A DNA stretch of 64,000 bases, taken from the NCBI GenBank assembly GCA_022844485.1, contig JALHLQ010000003.1, positions 41,921 to 105,920 of the forward strand, read 5' to 3'. A program made the translations under genes and the position numbers. The DNA is from Xanthobacteraceae bacterium (GTDB taxonomy: Bacteria > Pseudomonadota > Alphaproteobacteria > Rhizobiales > Xanthobacteraceae). The notes below the pieces were generated by a model. That model searched no databases and was not told the DNA's origin. It worked only from the letters and a program-made list of their open reading frames with translations. Below are positions 1 to 9,250 of the stretch, in pieces (the first letter of the stretch is position 1; every line of letters starts with the position of its first letter).

Positions 1-131
1 CCGCGGCAAATGCGGCAATCGTGGGTCCGGTGCCCTTCGGCACGCCGTTCACGATCCTGTGCGCGTTGAGCTTGATGAGCCTTGTGGTCGGGCCGTTCGC
101 CGCCGCCGCGGCACTGCGGCACCTGGAATAG
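1..131 (+). CDS. ccmB: Heme exporter permease CcmB, 3' end (partial)
   Basis: Frame 3 reads AANAAIVGPVPFGTPFTILCALSLMSLVVGPFAAAAALRHLE*, resembling the CcmB C-terminus; directly upstream of ccmC. Confidence 0.8.
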   Translation, partial: AANAAIVGPVPFGTPFTILCALSLMSLVVGPFAAAAALRHLE

Positions 132-179
132 GCATCGCACCGCATTGCGTCGCGGCGGCGGCGCGGCTAGGACGAACCC

Positions 180-968
180 ATGCCGATCATGGACTATGCC
201 AATCCCACGCGCTTCTTGGCTTTCGTCGAGCGCATCCTGCCCTGGCTCGCGGCAGCGACGGCGATTCTCCTCGCCGTCGGAATGTACAAAGCGTTTTTCG
301 TCGCGCCCGACGATTACCAGCAGGGTGCGACGGTGAAGATCATGTTCATCCACGTGCCGTCGGCGTGGCTTGGGATGTTCGCCTGGGGGCTGATGAGCGC
401 TTCCGCGCTTGGCACGTTGGTGTGGCGCCATCCGCTTGCCGACGTGTCGGCCAAGGCTGCCGCCCCGATCGGCGCGGCCTTCACCTTCATCTGCCTGGTC
501 ACCGGCGCTCTGTGGGGAAGGCCGATGTGGGGAGCCTATTGGGTGTGGGACGCGCGGCTCACCTCGGTGCTGCTGCTGTTCCTGATGTATCTCGGAGTGA
601 TGACGCTGTGGCGCACGGTCGAGGATCCGTCGCGTGCCGGACGCGCGGCGGCAATTCTGACGCTGGTCGGCGCCGTCAATCTCCCGATCATCAAGTTTTC
701 GGTCGATTGGTGGAATACCTTGCATCAGCCGGCGTCGGTCGTGCGCGTCGGCGGCCCCGCCATCCATCCCTCGATTCTCGTGCCGCTCTTGGTCATGGCG
801 GCGGCCTTCACGCTGCTGTTCATCACGCTGCATCTCGCCGCAATGAGAAACGAGATCTTGCGCCGGCGCATCCGCACCATGTTGATGCTGAGGGCCGACG
901 CCGCGCAGTCCTCGACGGCCCGTGCCCCGGAGAGCGGGTTGCGTTCGGTCAGCGGAGCGGCGACGTGA
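180..968 (+). CDS. ccmC: Heme exporter / cytochrome c biogenesis protein CcmC
   Basis: WGRPMWGAYWVWDARLTS tryptophan-rich motif, HVP and WWNTLHQ motifs. Confidence 0.97.
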   Translation: MPIMDYANPTRFLAFVERILPWLAAATAILLAVGMYKAFFVAPDDYQQGATVKIMFIHVPSAWLGMFAWGLMSASALGTLVWRHPLADVSAKAAAPIGAAFTFICLVTGALWGRPMWGAYWVWDARLTSVLLLFLMYLGVMTLWRTVEDPSRAGRAAAILTLVGAVNLPIIKFSVDWWNTLHQPASVVRVGGPAIHPSILVPLLVMAAAFTLLFITLHLAAMRNEILRRRIRTMLMLRADAAQSSTARAPESGLRSVSGAAT

Positions 969-1141
969 ATCTCGGACCGCACGCATTCTTCATCGTGGCG
1001 GCCTATGTCATGGCCGGCCTCGTCATCGCATCGATGATTGCCTGGATCCTAGCGGACCATCGGCGCCAGCGGCAGACCTTGCGCGAACTCGAGACGCGCG
1101 GTCTTACGCGGCGTTCCAATCGCCGAACGGAGATGTCATGA
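965..1141 (+). CDS. ccmD: Heme exporter protein CcmD
   Basis: GTG overlapping ccmC stop (GTGA); small single-TM protein MNLGPHAFFIVAAY... with basic tail. Confidence 0.88.
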   Translation: MNLGPHAFFIVAAYVMAGLVIASMIAWILADHRRQRQTLRELETRGLTRRSNRRTEMS

Positions 1142-1740
1142 GCACCCTTTCCCGCGACGAGCGTGTGACCAGCGGATCGCGCCAGCGGCGCATCATTGTG
1201 CTTCTGCCGCTGATCGGCTTCTTGGCGCTGGCGGCGCTTTTCTCTTTCCGGCTCGGCTCCGGCGACCCGTCGAAAATTCCCTCCGCGCTGATCGGCAAGC
1301 CCGTCCCGGAGACCGTGCTTCCACCCATCGCCGGGCTCGAGCGCGACGGCAAGCCGCTGCCGGGAATTGGGCCGAACGATTTCAAGGGCCATGTATCGAT
1401 TGTGAACGTGTGGGCGTCGTGGTGCATTCCCTGCCACGACGAGATGCCGTTCCTGCACCGCCTCGCCGAGGATCGCCGCATCCGCGTCCTTGGCATCAAT
1501 TACAAGGATCAGGCCGACAACGCGCGGCGCTTCATCGATCGCCACGGCAATCCCTTCGTGGCCTCGGGCGCCGATCTGAGCGGACGCGCGTCGATCGACT
1601 GGGGCGTTTACGGCGTTCCGGAGACGTTTGTTGTCGGGCGCGACGGACGTATCGTCCACAAGCTGGTCGGCCCGATCACCGCGGATAACATCGATGCCGT
1701 GGTGCGGGCCGCGATCGAAAAAGCCTTGGCGGGCTCGTAG
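1138..1740 (+). CDS. ccmG: Thiol:disulfide interchange protein CcmG/DsbE
   Basis: N-terminal TM anchor, WASWCIPC CXXC motif, GVYGVPETF; ATGA overlap with ccmD. Confidence 0.95.
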   Translation: MSTLSRDERVTSGSRQRRIIVLLPLIGFLALAALFSFRLGSGDPSKIPSALIGKPVPETVLPPIAGLERDGKPLPGIGPNDFKGHVSIVNVWASWCIPCHDEMPFLHRLAEDRRIRVLGINYKDQADNARRFIDRHGNPFVASGADLSGRASIDWGVYGVPETFVVGRDGRIVHKLVGPITADNIDAVVRAAIEKALAGS

Positions 1741-1787
1741 CGTGTGATCCCGAAAAGTGGGACGCGGTTTCCGGAACAAGGATCACG
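1738..1787. repeat. REP/RIME-like palindromic element, single copy
   Basis: CGTGTGATCCCGAAAAGTGGGACGCGGTTTCCGGAACAAGGATCACG; same core as copies at 37417 and 50047; between convergent genes. Confidence 0.8.
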
Positions 1788-1844
1788 GGCGAGACAAGCG
1801 TGAAAGGGGCGACGTGTTCGATCAAGAGAACCCCTCCCGAAGCA

Positions 1845-2804
1845 TCAGCCCTCCGCCTTGATGTTGTTGGCCACGACAACCTCGTGCCACTTCGTGGCTT
1901 CAGCGGCCACGAATTCAGCAAAATCCTCCAGGTTCATCGTCGCGATCTCAAAGCCCAGCTCTCTGAAGCGGACCTGCACACGCTCGGACATCAGCACCTT
2001 GTTGATCTCGGCGTTGAGGCGCACTTGCACGGATCTCGGTACGGCCGCCGGGCCGAAGAAGCCGAACCATGTGTAATCGTCGAACTGCGGGTAGCCGAGT
2101 TCGGCGAGCGTCGGCACCTCGGGCAAGGCGGCCGAGCGCTGCTTGCTGGTCACGGCGATCGCGCGCAGCTTGCCGTCCCTCACAAGCGGCACCGCGACCG
2201 GCATCGAGGTGCTGCCGATCGGCACGTGCCCCGCGACCACGTCGGTGACCGCACGCGCGGGCGTATAGGCGATATGAGTGAGATCGAAACCGGCTGCACG
2301 CTTGAGCCGTTCCATCGAAAGATGCGTCGTCGTGCCGGTCCCCGACGAGGCGTAATTGCCCGGGGTCGACTTCGCATGGGCGATCAATTCGGCGACGGTT
2401 CTCACCGGCATGCTTGGGTTCACGGTAATGATGTTCGGCGTGCGCGGTCCGAGCGCGATGGAGCAGAGATCGGCCACCACATCGTATCCCGCATTGTTGT
2501 AGAGGGACGGGTTGACGCTGATCGACACGCTGTTGGCGAGGAGCGTGTGCCCGTCGGGTGCCGCGTTTTTCACCTGTACGGTGGCGATATTGCCGCCTGC
2601 TCCCGGCTTCGGCTCGACGATGACGGATTGCCCGAGCGCCGGCTGAAGCCCCTCGCTCACCAGGCGCGAGACGACGTCCGTCGAACTGCCGGCGCCGTGT
2701 GCGACAAGGATCGTGATCGATCTGGTTGGCCAGCTTTGCGCGAAGGCAAATCGGGGCAGCACGGTTGCGGCGGCGGATGCGGCCAGAAAGCTACGGCGAT
2801 CCAT
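1845..2804 (-). CDS. Bug/TctC family tripartite tricarboxylate transporter substrate-binding protein
   Basis: Tat signal MDRRSFL, WPTRSITILV, KPGAGGNIA, APDGHTLL, VPTLAELG motifs; start taken at ATG 2804. Confidence 0.93.
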   Translation of the reverse strand: MDRRSFLAASAAATVLPRFAFAQSWPTRSITILVAHGAGSSTDVVSRLVSEGLQPALGQSVIVEPKPGAGGNIATVQVKNAAPDGHTLLANSVSISVNPSLYNNAGYDVVADLCSIALGPRTPNIITVNPSMPVRTVAELIAHAKSTPGNYASSGTGTTTHLSMERLKRAAGFDLTHIAYTPARAVTDVVAGHVPIGSTSMPVAVPLVRDGKLRAIAVTSKQRSAALPEVPTLAELGYPQFDDYTWFGFFGPAAVPRSVQVRLNAEINKVLMSERVQVRFRELGFEIATMNLEDFAEFVAAEATKWHEVVVANNIKAEG

Positions 2805-2931
2805 GGGGGTTTCCTCTCGGCGGCCACGGATTGATTCCGCATGCCGGACGCGTCTCGTTTTGGCCGAGACCGTCCGGCGATTATGCACGGCGGCGAGGCT
2901 TGTACCAGCAGCCCGCGCCATCTCGCATCCG

Positions 2932-4005
2932 TCAACTGTCTCGCCGTGATGCGTCCTGGCCCTCTTTGATGACCTCGCGGGCCTCCTGCAGATCGGAGGC
3001 GTCTGCGCGTGGTTTCGGCTGGATCTCGCGCAGTTCCGACCGGTGACACAACTCGATATAGAGCGGAAAATGGTCGGAGCCGATGCTCGGCAAAACCGAA
3101 AGGCGGCGCAGCCCGAAGGCGTGGTCGAAGAAAACGTGATCGAGCGGCCATCTCGCGAGGCGGTAATCGGCATGGAAGGTTTGATAGAAACCGCGGCCGA
3201 TGCGCGGGTCGAGCAAGCCGCTGATCTTCTGGAAGAGACGCGTGGTCCGTGACCAGGCCACGTCGTTGAGATCGCCGGCGACGATGGCTTGCTGCCCTTG
3301 TTCCCGGATCTCTTTCGCGATGACAATCAGCTCGGCGTCGCGTTTGGCTGTATCGGAATGGGGCGGCGGCTGCGGGTGCAATCCATAAAAGGTTATGCGT
3401 CGGCCCGAGGGCAGGTTGACCCCGGTCTTGATCGACGGAGTGGCGTTGCTGATGAGATAGCGGACTTCGGGGGCGACCAGTTCCAGCTGCGACAGGAGGA
3501 CCATGCCATAGCTGTTCTCCTTCGGGTGGCGCACGGTGAACGCATAGTGCTGGTAGAGCGGGGCGAGTGCCCGGTCCCACCAGGCATCCGTCTCGACCAG
3601 CAACGCGATGTCGGGTTGCAGCCGCCGAAAGGCGTCGAAAAGACGCTCGGTCTCGCGGTTCTGCATGAGGACGTTTGAAACGAGGAGGCGGATTCGCTGA
3701 TCCGGCGCGCAATCTGCGTCCTCCACTTCGCGCGCGTGAAGGCGGGTGTAAGGCCACATGCGCACGACCTGCCAGAGGAGGCAAGCCGTGACGCCCGCCA
3801 GGAGAACGATCGTGGTCTGCGCTTCGAGCGGCAGCACGAACGCCGTCGCAACCAGGGCAATGACCAGGAGAACGGCGATCTGAAGACGGGGAAAATCCCA
3901 AATCCGGACCCACTTCTCCGTTGTGGGAACCAGAGGCAAAACGGTGAGTCCGATCAGGATGAGGTCCAGTCCCCAGATCGCGACGGTCAGCACCCGATCG
4001 AACAT
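2932..4005 (-). CDS. Endonuclease/exonuclease/phosphatase (EEP) family membrane protein
   Basis: Three N-terminal TM segments, SNV, GDLND, LDHVF, GSDHFP motifs. Confidence 0.92.
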   Translation of the reverse strand: MFDRVLTVAIWGLDLILIGLTVLPLVPTTEKWVRIWDFPRLQIAVLLVIALVATAFVLPLEAQTTIVLLAGVTACLLWQVVRMWPYTRLHAREVEDADCAPDQRIRLLVSNVLMQNRETERLFDAFRRLQPDIALLVETDAWWDRALAPLYQHYAFTVRHPKENSYGMVLLSQLELVAPEVRYLISNATPSIKTGVNLPSGRRITFYGLHPQPPPHSDTAKRDAELIVIAKEIREQGQQAIVAGDLNDVAWSRTTRLFQKISGLLDPRIGRGFYQTFHADYRLARWPLDHVFFDHAFGLRRLSVLPSIGSDHFPLYIELCHRSELREIQPKPRADASDLQEAREVIKEGQDASRRDS

Positions 4006-4126
4006 CCGCGTTCCGCCTTTCGTTCTACAACGCCCGGCGCCGGGCGGCGTTCTGTCCGAGCAAGCAAGGTCGGGGCCTGGTCACGGTTCTGCCGTCCCCA
4101 TCGGCATTGTTCTCGCTTTGCGTAGA

Positions 4127-5584
4127 TCAGTATGCGTCGTCGAGAATGCGGATCTGCTTGATGACGGTCTTCACCAGGATCCGGACGTCGAGCCAAAGGG
4201 ACCAGGAGGAAATGTACCAGAGATCATGCTCGACGCGGCGTTCCATGTCCTCGACCCGCGGTGTCTCGCCCCGGCAGCCATTCACCTGCGCCCAGCCCGT
4301 GATGCCGGGTTTCATGTGATGGCGTTTCGCATAATTGGCGATGAGGGCGTCGTACTCGGTCTCGTGCGCGAGCGCATGCGGTCGGGGACCGACCAGGGAC
4401 ATGTCGCCTTTGAGCACATTGAGCAATTGCGGCAGCTCGTCGATGCTCGTTCGCCGCAATAGCCGGCCGACTGCCGTGACCCTGGCGTCGTCGCGCCTGG
4501 CCTGCGTCACGACGGCTCCGTCTTCGAGCGTGGTCATTGTGCGGAACTTGTAGATGATGAAGGGGCGTCCGCTGAATCCGGCGCGCTTTTGCCGGAAGAG
4601 CGCGGGCCCCGGGCTGTCCAATCGGATCACGAGGGCAACGATCAGCAGGAGCGGCGAGAGGATGATCACGCCAAGACCTGCGACACTGAAGTCGAGCAGC
4701 GACTTCGAGAACCGCTCGAGGCCCGTCAGCGGCGGGCGCTGCATCTCGACTGCCAGCGTTGCCCCGACTTCGCAGACCGGGCGCTGCAGAAGTTCCCGCG
4801 TGTTGTGGTCGGGCAGCAGCTTCACCGCAAGCGGCAGAAGCGACAGACGGGCGGAGAGATCCTCAACCGGTTTCAGGTGGGACCAGTCCGCCGCGAGGAT
4901 GATCTCTTCCACCGGATGGTGGCGGGCAAATGCGACAACGTCGTTCACCGCCTCATCCACGGCGACCCCGCCCTCGGCGTCCCCGTTCAGCGCAACCGCG
5001 ACGACCTGGTCGACAATGTATCCGTCGCGCTGAAGCGATCCGATGACGTCCTGGCGGCTAAGCTGGAGGGGCTCTCCGACGACGATGACCCGCTTTCCCC
5101 GCAGTACGCCGGCGGAGACCGCCTTCGCCACGAAACGCGAAAAGCCGACGCGCACCGCCGTGACGGCGAACAGCCCGGTCACGAAAAACAGGAGCACGGT
5201 TCCCCGCGACAGGACGTCGCCGATCTTCAAGGCAAACGCGATCGCTGTCAGGAGAAGGAAGACGAACCCCCAGATCACCGCCACCTCGCGCAACTGGCGG
5301 CCCAATTGGAGGAGCATCGACATCCGATAGAGGCGCCGCGCATGGAGGGAGGTCACGAACAGCGCGGCCACGGCCAAGCCGGCGCCGAGATAGTTGCCCA
5401 GATCGCCGATATCCCCGAACTCGAACTGGTGATAGGCGACGCCCGCGCCGATGCTGGTCGCGAGGACCAGCACGATATCCAAGGCCGCAGCGACGCCCCC
5501 AACCGAGGAGTAGTCCACCGGCAGCCGCGCGCGGCGAACCACGGGCACAGTTTCACCGAAACGCAACTCGCGGGCGGACCCCAT
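4127..5584 (-). CDS. Undecaprenyl-phosphate hexose-1-phosphotransferase (WcaJ/WbaP-type priming transferase)
   Basis: N-terminal TMs, then FIIYKFRTM, SIDELPQLLNVLKGDMSLVGPRP, KPGITGWAQVNG. Confidence 0.95.
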   Translation of the reverse strand: MGSARELRFGETVPVVRRARLPVDYSSVGGVAAALDIVLVLATSIGAGVAYHQFEFGDIGDLGNYLGAGLAVAALFVTSLHARRLYRMSMLLQLGRQLREVAVIWGFVFLLLTAIAFALKIGDVLSRGTVLLFFVTGLFAVTAVRVGFSRFVAKAVSAGVLRGKRVIVVGEPLQLSRQDVIGSLQRDGYIVDQVVAVALNGDAEGGVAVDEAVNDVVAFARHHPVEEIILAADWSHLKPVEDLSARLSLLPLAVKLLPDHNTRELLQRPVCEVGATLAVEMQRPPLTGLERFSKSLLDFSVAGLGVIILSPLLLIVALVIRLDSPGPALFRQKRAGFSGRPFIIYKFRTMTTLEDGAVVTQARRDDARVTAVGRLLRRTSIDELPQLLNVLKGDMSLVGPRPHALAHETEYDALIANYAKRHHMKPGITGWAQVNGCRGETPRVEDMERRVEHDLWYISSWSLWLDVRILVKTVIKQIRILDDAY

Positions 5585-5800
5585 CGCACCAGCTTTTCTA
5601 TTGACTCAACTCTGTGAGCTTAAGCGACCCACGAGACAAACAACCTTCTTGGGGGTTCGTTCCGCATCGCGGGAAAATTGTATGTTGCTGAGTTGATCGG
5701 ATTGCCGCGCGACGGCGTTGCATGGTGAGCGGACCGGAACGCGCTTCATCACCAAGGCCGCGGCGGTTCATCTCCTCTCCACCCATTCTGGTTCACATCC

Positions 5801-7378
5801 ATGAGTGCAAACCGAGCAGGCGACCTCTCCCCCCGCGCGAACACGGCATCGACGCAAGCGCGGTTTGCCGAGACAGGATTTTGGAACCCAGCCGTCGGCG
5901 TTCTCCTCTGCGCCTTGCTGCTGAGTTCCTTTGCAGCCCTCAATCGTCAGCCCTTTTTTTACGAGGACACGACCACGTACATCCGGGGCGCCAACGAGAT
6001 TGTGCGCCGCCTGATCGGCGAGACCCATGGCCGGGATTGGGCGCGAACGGAACCGGCGGCGCAGGCTCCCGGTTCGGCTCCCTCGAACCCGAGCCTGACG
6101 TCGCTCGAGAGCAGGATCGTCCTCTCCGGACGGTCGGTCTATTATGGTGGGTTGCTCCTGCTCTCCTATGTCTCGACGAATTTTTGGCTTGCGGTCCTCT
6201 TTCAGGCCCTTTGCGTGGCCTTCACGCTGCGATTGCTGCTCGTCGGTTGCCTGGGGCTGAACCCATCGCTGTCGTATGCGGCGGCGTTGGGGCTGGCAGC
6301 GCTGACACCTCTCGGCTACTTCACCGGTCTGCTCATGCCGGACATTTTTGCCGGCCTGAGTATTCTGATCATGGCCATGCTGTTCGTGTTCTGGGAACAG
6401 ATCGGAACGGCAGCGAAGTTCGCTTTGGCTGCCATCCTGACCTTCGGCCTTGTCAGCCACACGAGCCATATCGCCCTGGCCGCGGTGTTCGTCCCGATCG
6501 CGGCCACGATCATCCTCGTGCGTTCCGGGCGGAAGCACCTTCGCAAAAGTCCATTCGCGCTGGTCACGGTTTGCATTGCGGTCGCCATCCTGTGCGAGGC
6601 TGCGTTTGCGGTCGCGGTGTCGCGCGTGCTCGGACAGCCGCCGGTACGGCTTCCGTTTTTCACCGCTCACCTGATCGAGCTCGGGCCGGGGCTGGACTAT
6701 CTGCAGAAAAATTGCGCGACGGTGCAGTTCGCCGTTTGCGCGTTCCTGGAGCGATTGCCGGTCACCTGGATCGAGTTCCTGTTCAGTACGGACCCCAATC
6801 GCGGAGTGTTCGCCATCGCCGACCCGCAGATGAAGCGGGCTTTGTCCGAGGAGCAAGTCCGCTTCTTTTTGCATGTGGTCCGCGCGGCCCCCCTCGAGGT
6901 GATCATCGGCTTGGCCAAGGACGTGCTCGCGCAGATCGTCAGGTTCGGCATGATGGACGTCGCCTATGGGCCCGATCGATGGAACTACTTCGAGACGCGG
7001 CTGCCGCCGGGGACCTGGGCTTCGATGCAACGATCGCTGGCCTTCAACAACGAGCCGATTGAACTCGTGCTGACCGCGAGCGCTTACGGATCGACGATTG
7101 TTGGCGCGGCCGTGACTGCGGCCTATGCCCTTCTCAATTCTCACGAGCGCTGGTCGGGGTCGTCGGAAGGAGTCGCAGGAACCATTCCGACCTTCCTGGG
7201 GTTGGTGGCGGCAGGGATTCTCGTCAACGCTGTAGTTTGCGCGGCGCTTGCCTCGCCTTTGGACAGGTTTCAGGCTCGTGTCATTTGGCTTGTTCCATTG
7301 CTGGGCCTTATCGCGGCGGCGCTCTGGTATCGCGCGCACGCGCGGTCCTTGGAATCAAGGAACTCCATGGCCGCGTGA
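5801..7378 (+). CDS. Polytopic membrane protein, possible GT-C-type lipid-linked sugar transferase
   Basis: About 11-12 hydrophobic segments, acidic YEDTTTY after TM1, LMPDIF, large periplasmic loop; GT-C role is inference. Confidence 0.6.
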   Translation: MSANRAGDLSPRANTASTQARFAETGFWNPAVGVLLCALLLSSFAALNRQPFFYEDTTTYIRGANEIVRRLIGETHGRDWARTEPAAQAPGSAPSNPSLTSLESRIVLSGRSVYYGGLLLLSYVSTNFWLAVLFQALCVAFTLRLLLVGCLGLNPSLSYAAALGLAALTPLGYFTGLLMPDIFAGLSILIMAMLFVFWEQIGTAAKFALAAILTFGLVSHTSHIALAAVFVPIAATIILVRSGRKHLRKSPFALVTVCIAVAILCEAAFAVAVSRVLGQPPVRLPFFTAHLIELGPGLDYLQKNCATVQFAVCAFLERLPVTWIEFLFSTDPNRGVFAIADPQMKRALSEEQVRFFLHVVRAAPLEVIIGLAKDVLAQIVRFGMMDVAYGPDRWNYFETRLPPGTWASMQRSLAFNNEPIELVLTASAYGSTIVGAAVTAAYALLNSHERWSGSSEGVAGTIPTFLGLVAAGILVNAVVCAALASPLDRFQARVIWLVPLLGLIAAALWYRAHARSLESRNSMAA

Positions 7379-7504
7379 ACGGCCCCGACCTGTTCCCTCA
7401 CCCTTTTGCACCGCTGCCTCGCATCAAGGCCCTGTCCGCTGCCGCCTCGGATGCGGGGCGTGACCGGCTCTGCAATCTAGAACACGCGCAAGGAGACCGC
7501 TGAA

Positions 7505-8497
7505 ATGACCGAGATCGTAACCGGCGCCCGTGCTGCTCCCCGGCGGAGTGCGAGGCTTGCGGATTATCTCGCCATCGCGCGCTTCGACCACGCGACCAAG
7601 CACATCTTTATTCTCCCGGGAATCATTCTGGCCTACGCACTGCGCGATCCGAGCCTGGAGAACGCGGGTTTCTCGATCGTCGTCGGCCTCCTCAGCGCGG
7701 TGCTGATTGCATCCGCCAACTATGTGATCAACGAATGGCTCGACCGGGAATTCGATGCGTTCCATCCGTCAAAATCGAATCGGACCGCCGTCAACGCATC
7801 GCTCTCGCCGCCGCTCGTCTATCTGCAGTATTTTGTCTTGGCGGCTGCCGGAATTACGCTTGCAAGCGCGGTTGGAAGCTTGTTCCTCCTGGTTTCGATT
7901 TTCTTCCTGCTTTCCGGGATCGTCTATAACGTCCGTCCCATCCGGTCGAAAGACAAGGCCTATGTGGATGTCTTGACCGAAAGCCTCAACAATCCGATCC
8001 GCCTGATGCTCGGCTGGACGATGCTCGACCACGAGACGCTGCCTCCATCGAGTCTTCTGCTCGCCTATTGGATGGGCGGCGCCTTCCTGATGGGGGCGAA
8101 GCGTCTCTCCGAATACCGCGAAATCGCCGCAGGCCCGGGTCTGCCGCTGCTGCACCGATATCGACGCTCGTTCCAATACTACACGGAAACGAGCCTGACG
8201 GTGTCCTGCTTTCTCTACAGCATGCTGTCGGCCTTCTTCATCGCCGTCTTCCTGGTGAAGTACCGCATCGAATATGTCTTGGCGCTGCCGGCTTTCGCGA
8301 CGCTCTTTGCGCTTTACTTCGCGATATCGCTGGAGCGGGAATCGGTCGCGCAGAAGCCGGAGCATCTGTTCAGAGAGTGGCGTTTGATCGCCGTGTCCGG
8401 TGCGACCGCGGCCTTGCTGCTTGTGTTGACTTTCGTCGACATTCCGGCTCTCACGCATCTGTCGACGCCGCATTACATCGGCTTGTCAATGAAGTGA
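7505..8497 (+). CDS. UbiA-family prenyltransferase, polyprenyl-phosphate phosphoribosyltransferase-like
   Basis: ASANYVINEWLDREFDAFHPSKSNR motif, AKRLSE motif, multiple TMs. Confidence 0.85.
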   Translation: MTEIVTGARAAPRRSARLADYLAIARFDHATKHIFILPGIILAYALRDPSLENAGFSIVVGLLSAVLIASANYVINEWLDREFDAFHPSKSNRTAVNASLSPPLVYLQYFVLAAAGITLASAVGSLFLLVSIFFLLSGIVYNVRPIRSKDKAYVDVLTESLNNPIRLMLGWTMLDHETLPPSSLLLAYWMGGAFLMGAKRLSEYREIAAGPGLPLLHRYRRSFQYYTETSLTVSCFLYSMLSAFFIAVFLVKYRIEYVLALPAFATLFALYFAISLERESVAQKPEHLFREWRLIAVSGATAALLLVLTFVDIPALTHLSTPHYIGLSMK

Positions 8498-8503
8498 TGG
8501 CTC

Positions 8504-9250
8504 ATGCCGCTTGTGAACGGGCCGCTGGAATGGCGCGCACTGCGCCTCGTCGTCTTCGATCTGGACGGAACTCTCTACGATCAGCGCCGCTTGCGCCTGC
8601 ACATGATGGGCGGGCTGGTCGGCGCATGGCTGCGCACGGGTGATCTCACCCCGTTGCGGGCGTTACGAGAGTTCCGCAAGGGCCGGGAAGAGCTGGGCGA
8701 TGCCGGCGCCGATGATTTCCTATCGCAGCAATACAGCCTCGCGGCCGAGCGCTGCGGCCTTGAGGCTGCGGAGGTGGAGCGACTCGTGAATGATTGGATC
8801 GAGCGGCGGCCCCTGCCCTATCTGCGGCGATGCCGGTGGCCCGGCGTCGACCTGATCTTTGCCGGATTGCGCCGGGCGAGAATAACGACTGCGGTCTTCT
8901 CCGACTATCCCGCGCGCGACAAGCTCGACGCGCTCGGGCTTGAAGCCGATTTGATCGTCTCAGCTTGCGATCCGGACGTCCTGCGTCTCAAGCCGCACCC
9001 GCGCGGATTGGAGAAGCTCTTGGAGCAAACTGGTATCCGGGCGGACCAGTGTCTGATGATCGGCGACCGCATCGATCGCGACGCTTTAGCGGCTAGCCGG
9101 CTCGGCATCCGGGCGCTCATCAAGTCGAGGCGGCCGCATCCGACTGTCGATACATTTCGGACCTATACGGACGGACCGTTCCGCCCGCTCCTTGCCCCGC
9201 ACGAAGGCTCATTGTCGGTTCGCGGCGCCCTCCGTCAAAACGTCTCCTGA
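8504..9250 (+). CDS. HAD-family hydrolase/phosphatase
   Basis: FDLDGTL motif I, LKPHP motif III, IGDRIDRD motif IV. Confidence 0.9.
   Translation: MPLVNGPLEWRALRLVVFDLDGTLYDQRRLRLHMMGGLVGAWLRTGDLTPLRALREFRKGREELGDAGADDFLSQQYSLAAERCGLEAAEVERLVNDWIERRPLPYLRRCRWPGVDLIFAGLRRARITTAVFSDYPARDKLDALGLEADLIVSACDPDVLRLKPHPRGLEKLLEQTGIRADQCLMIGDRIDRDALAASRLGIRALIKSRRPHPTVDTFRTYTDGPFRPLLAPHEGSLSVRGALRQNVS

Noticed and set aside
1..1740. ccm operon lacking ccmE/ccmF
   Set aside because: Split ccm loci are the normal rhizobial organisation
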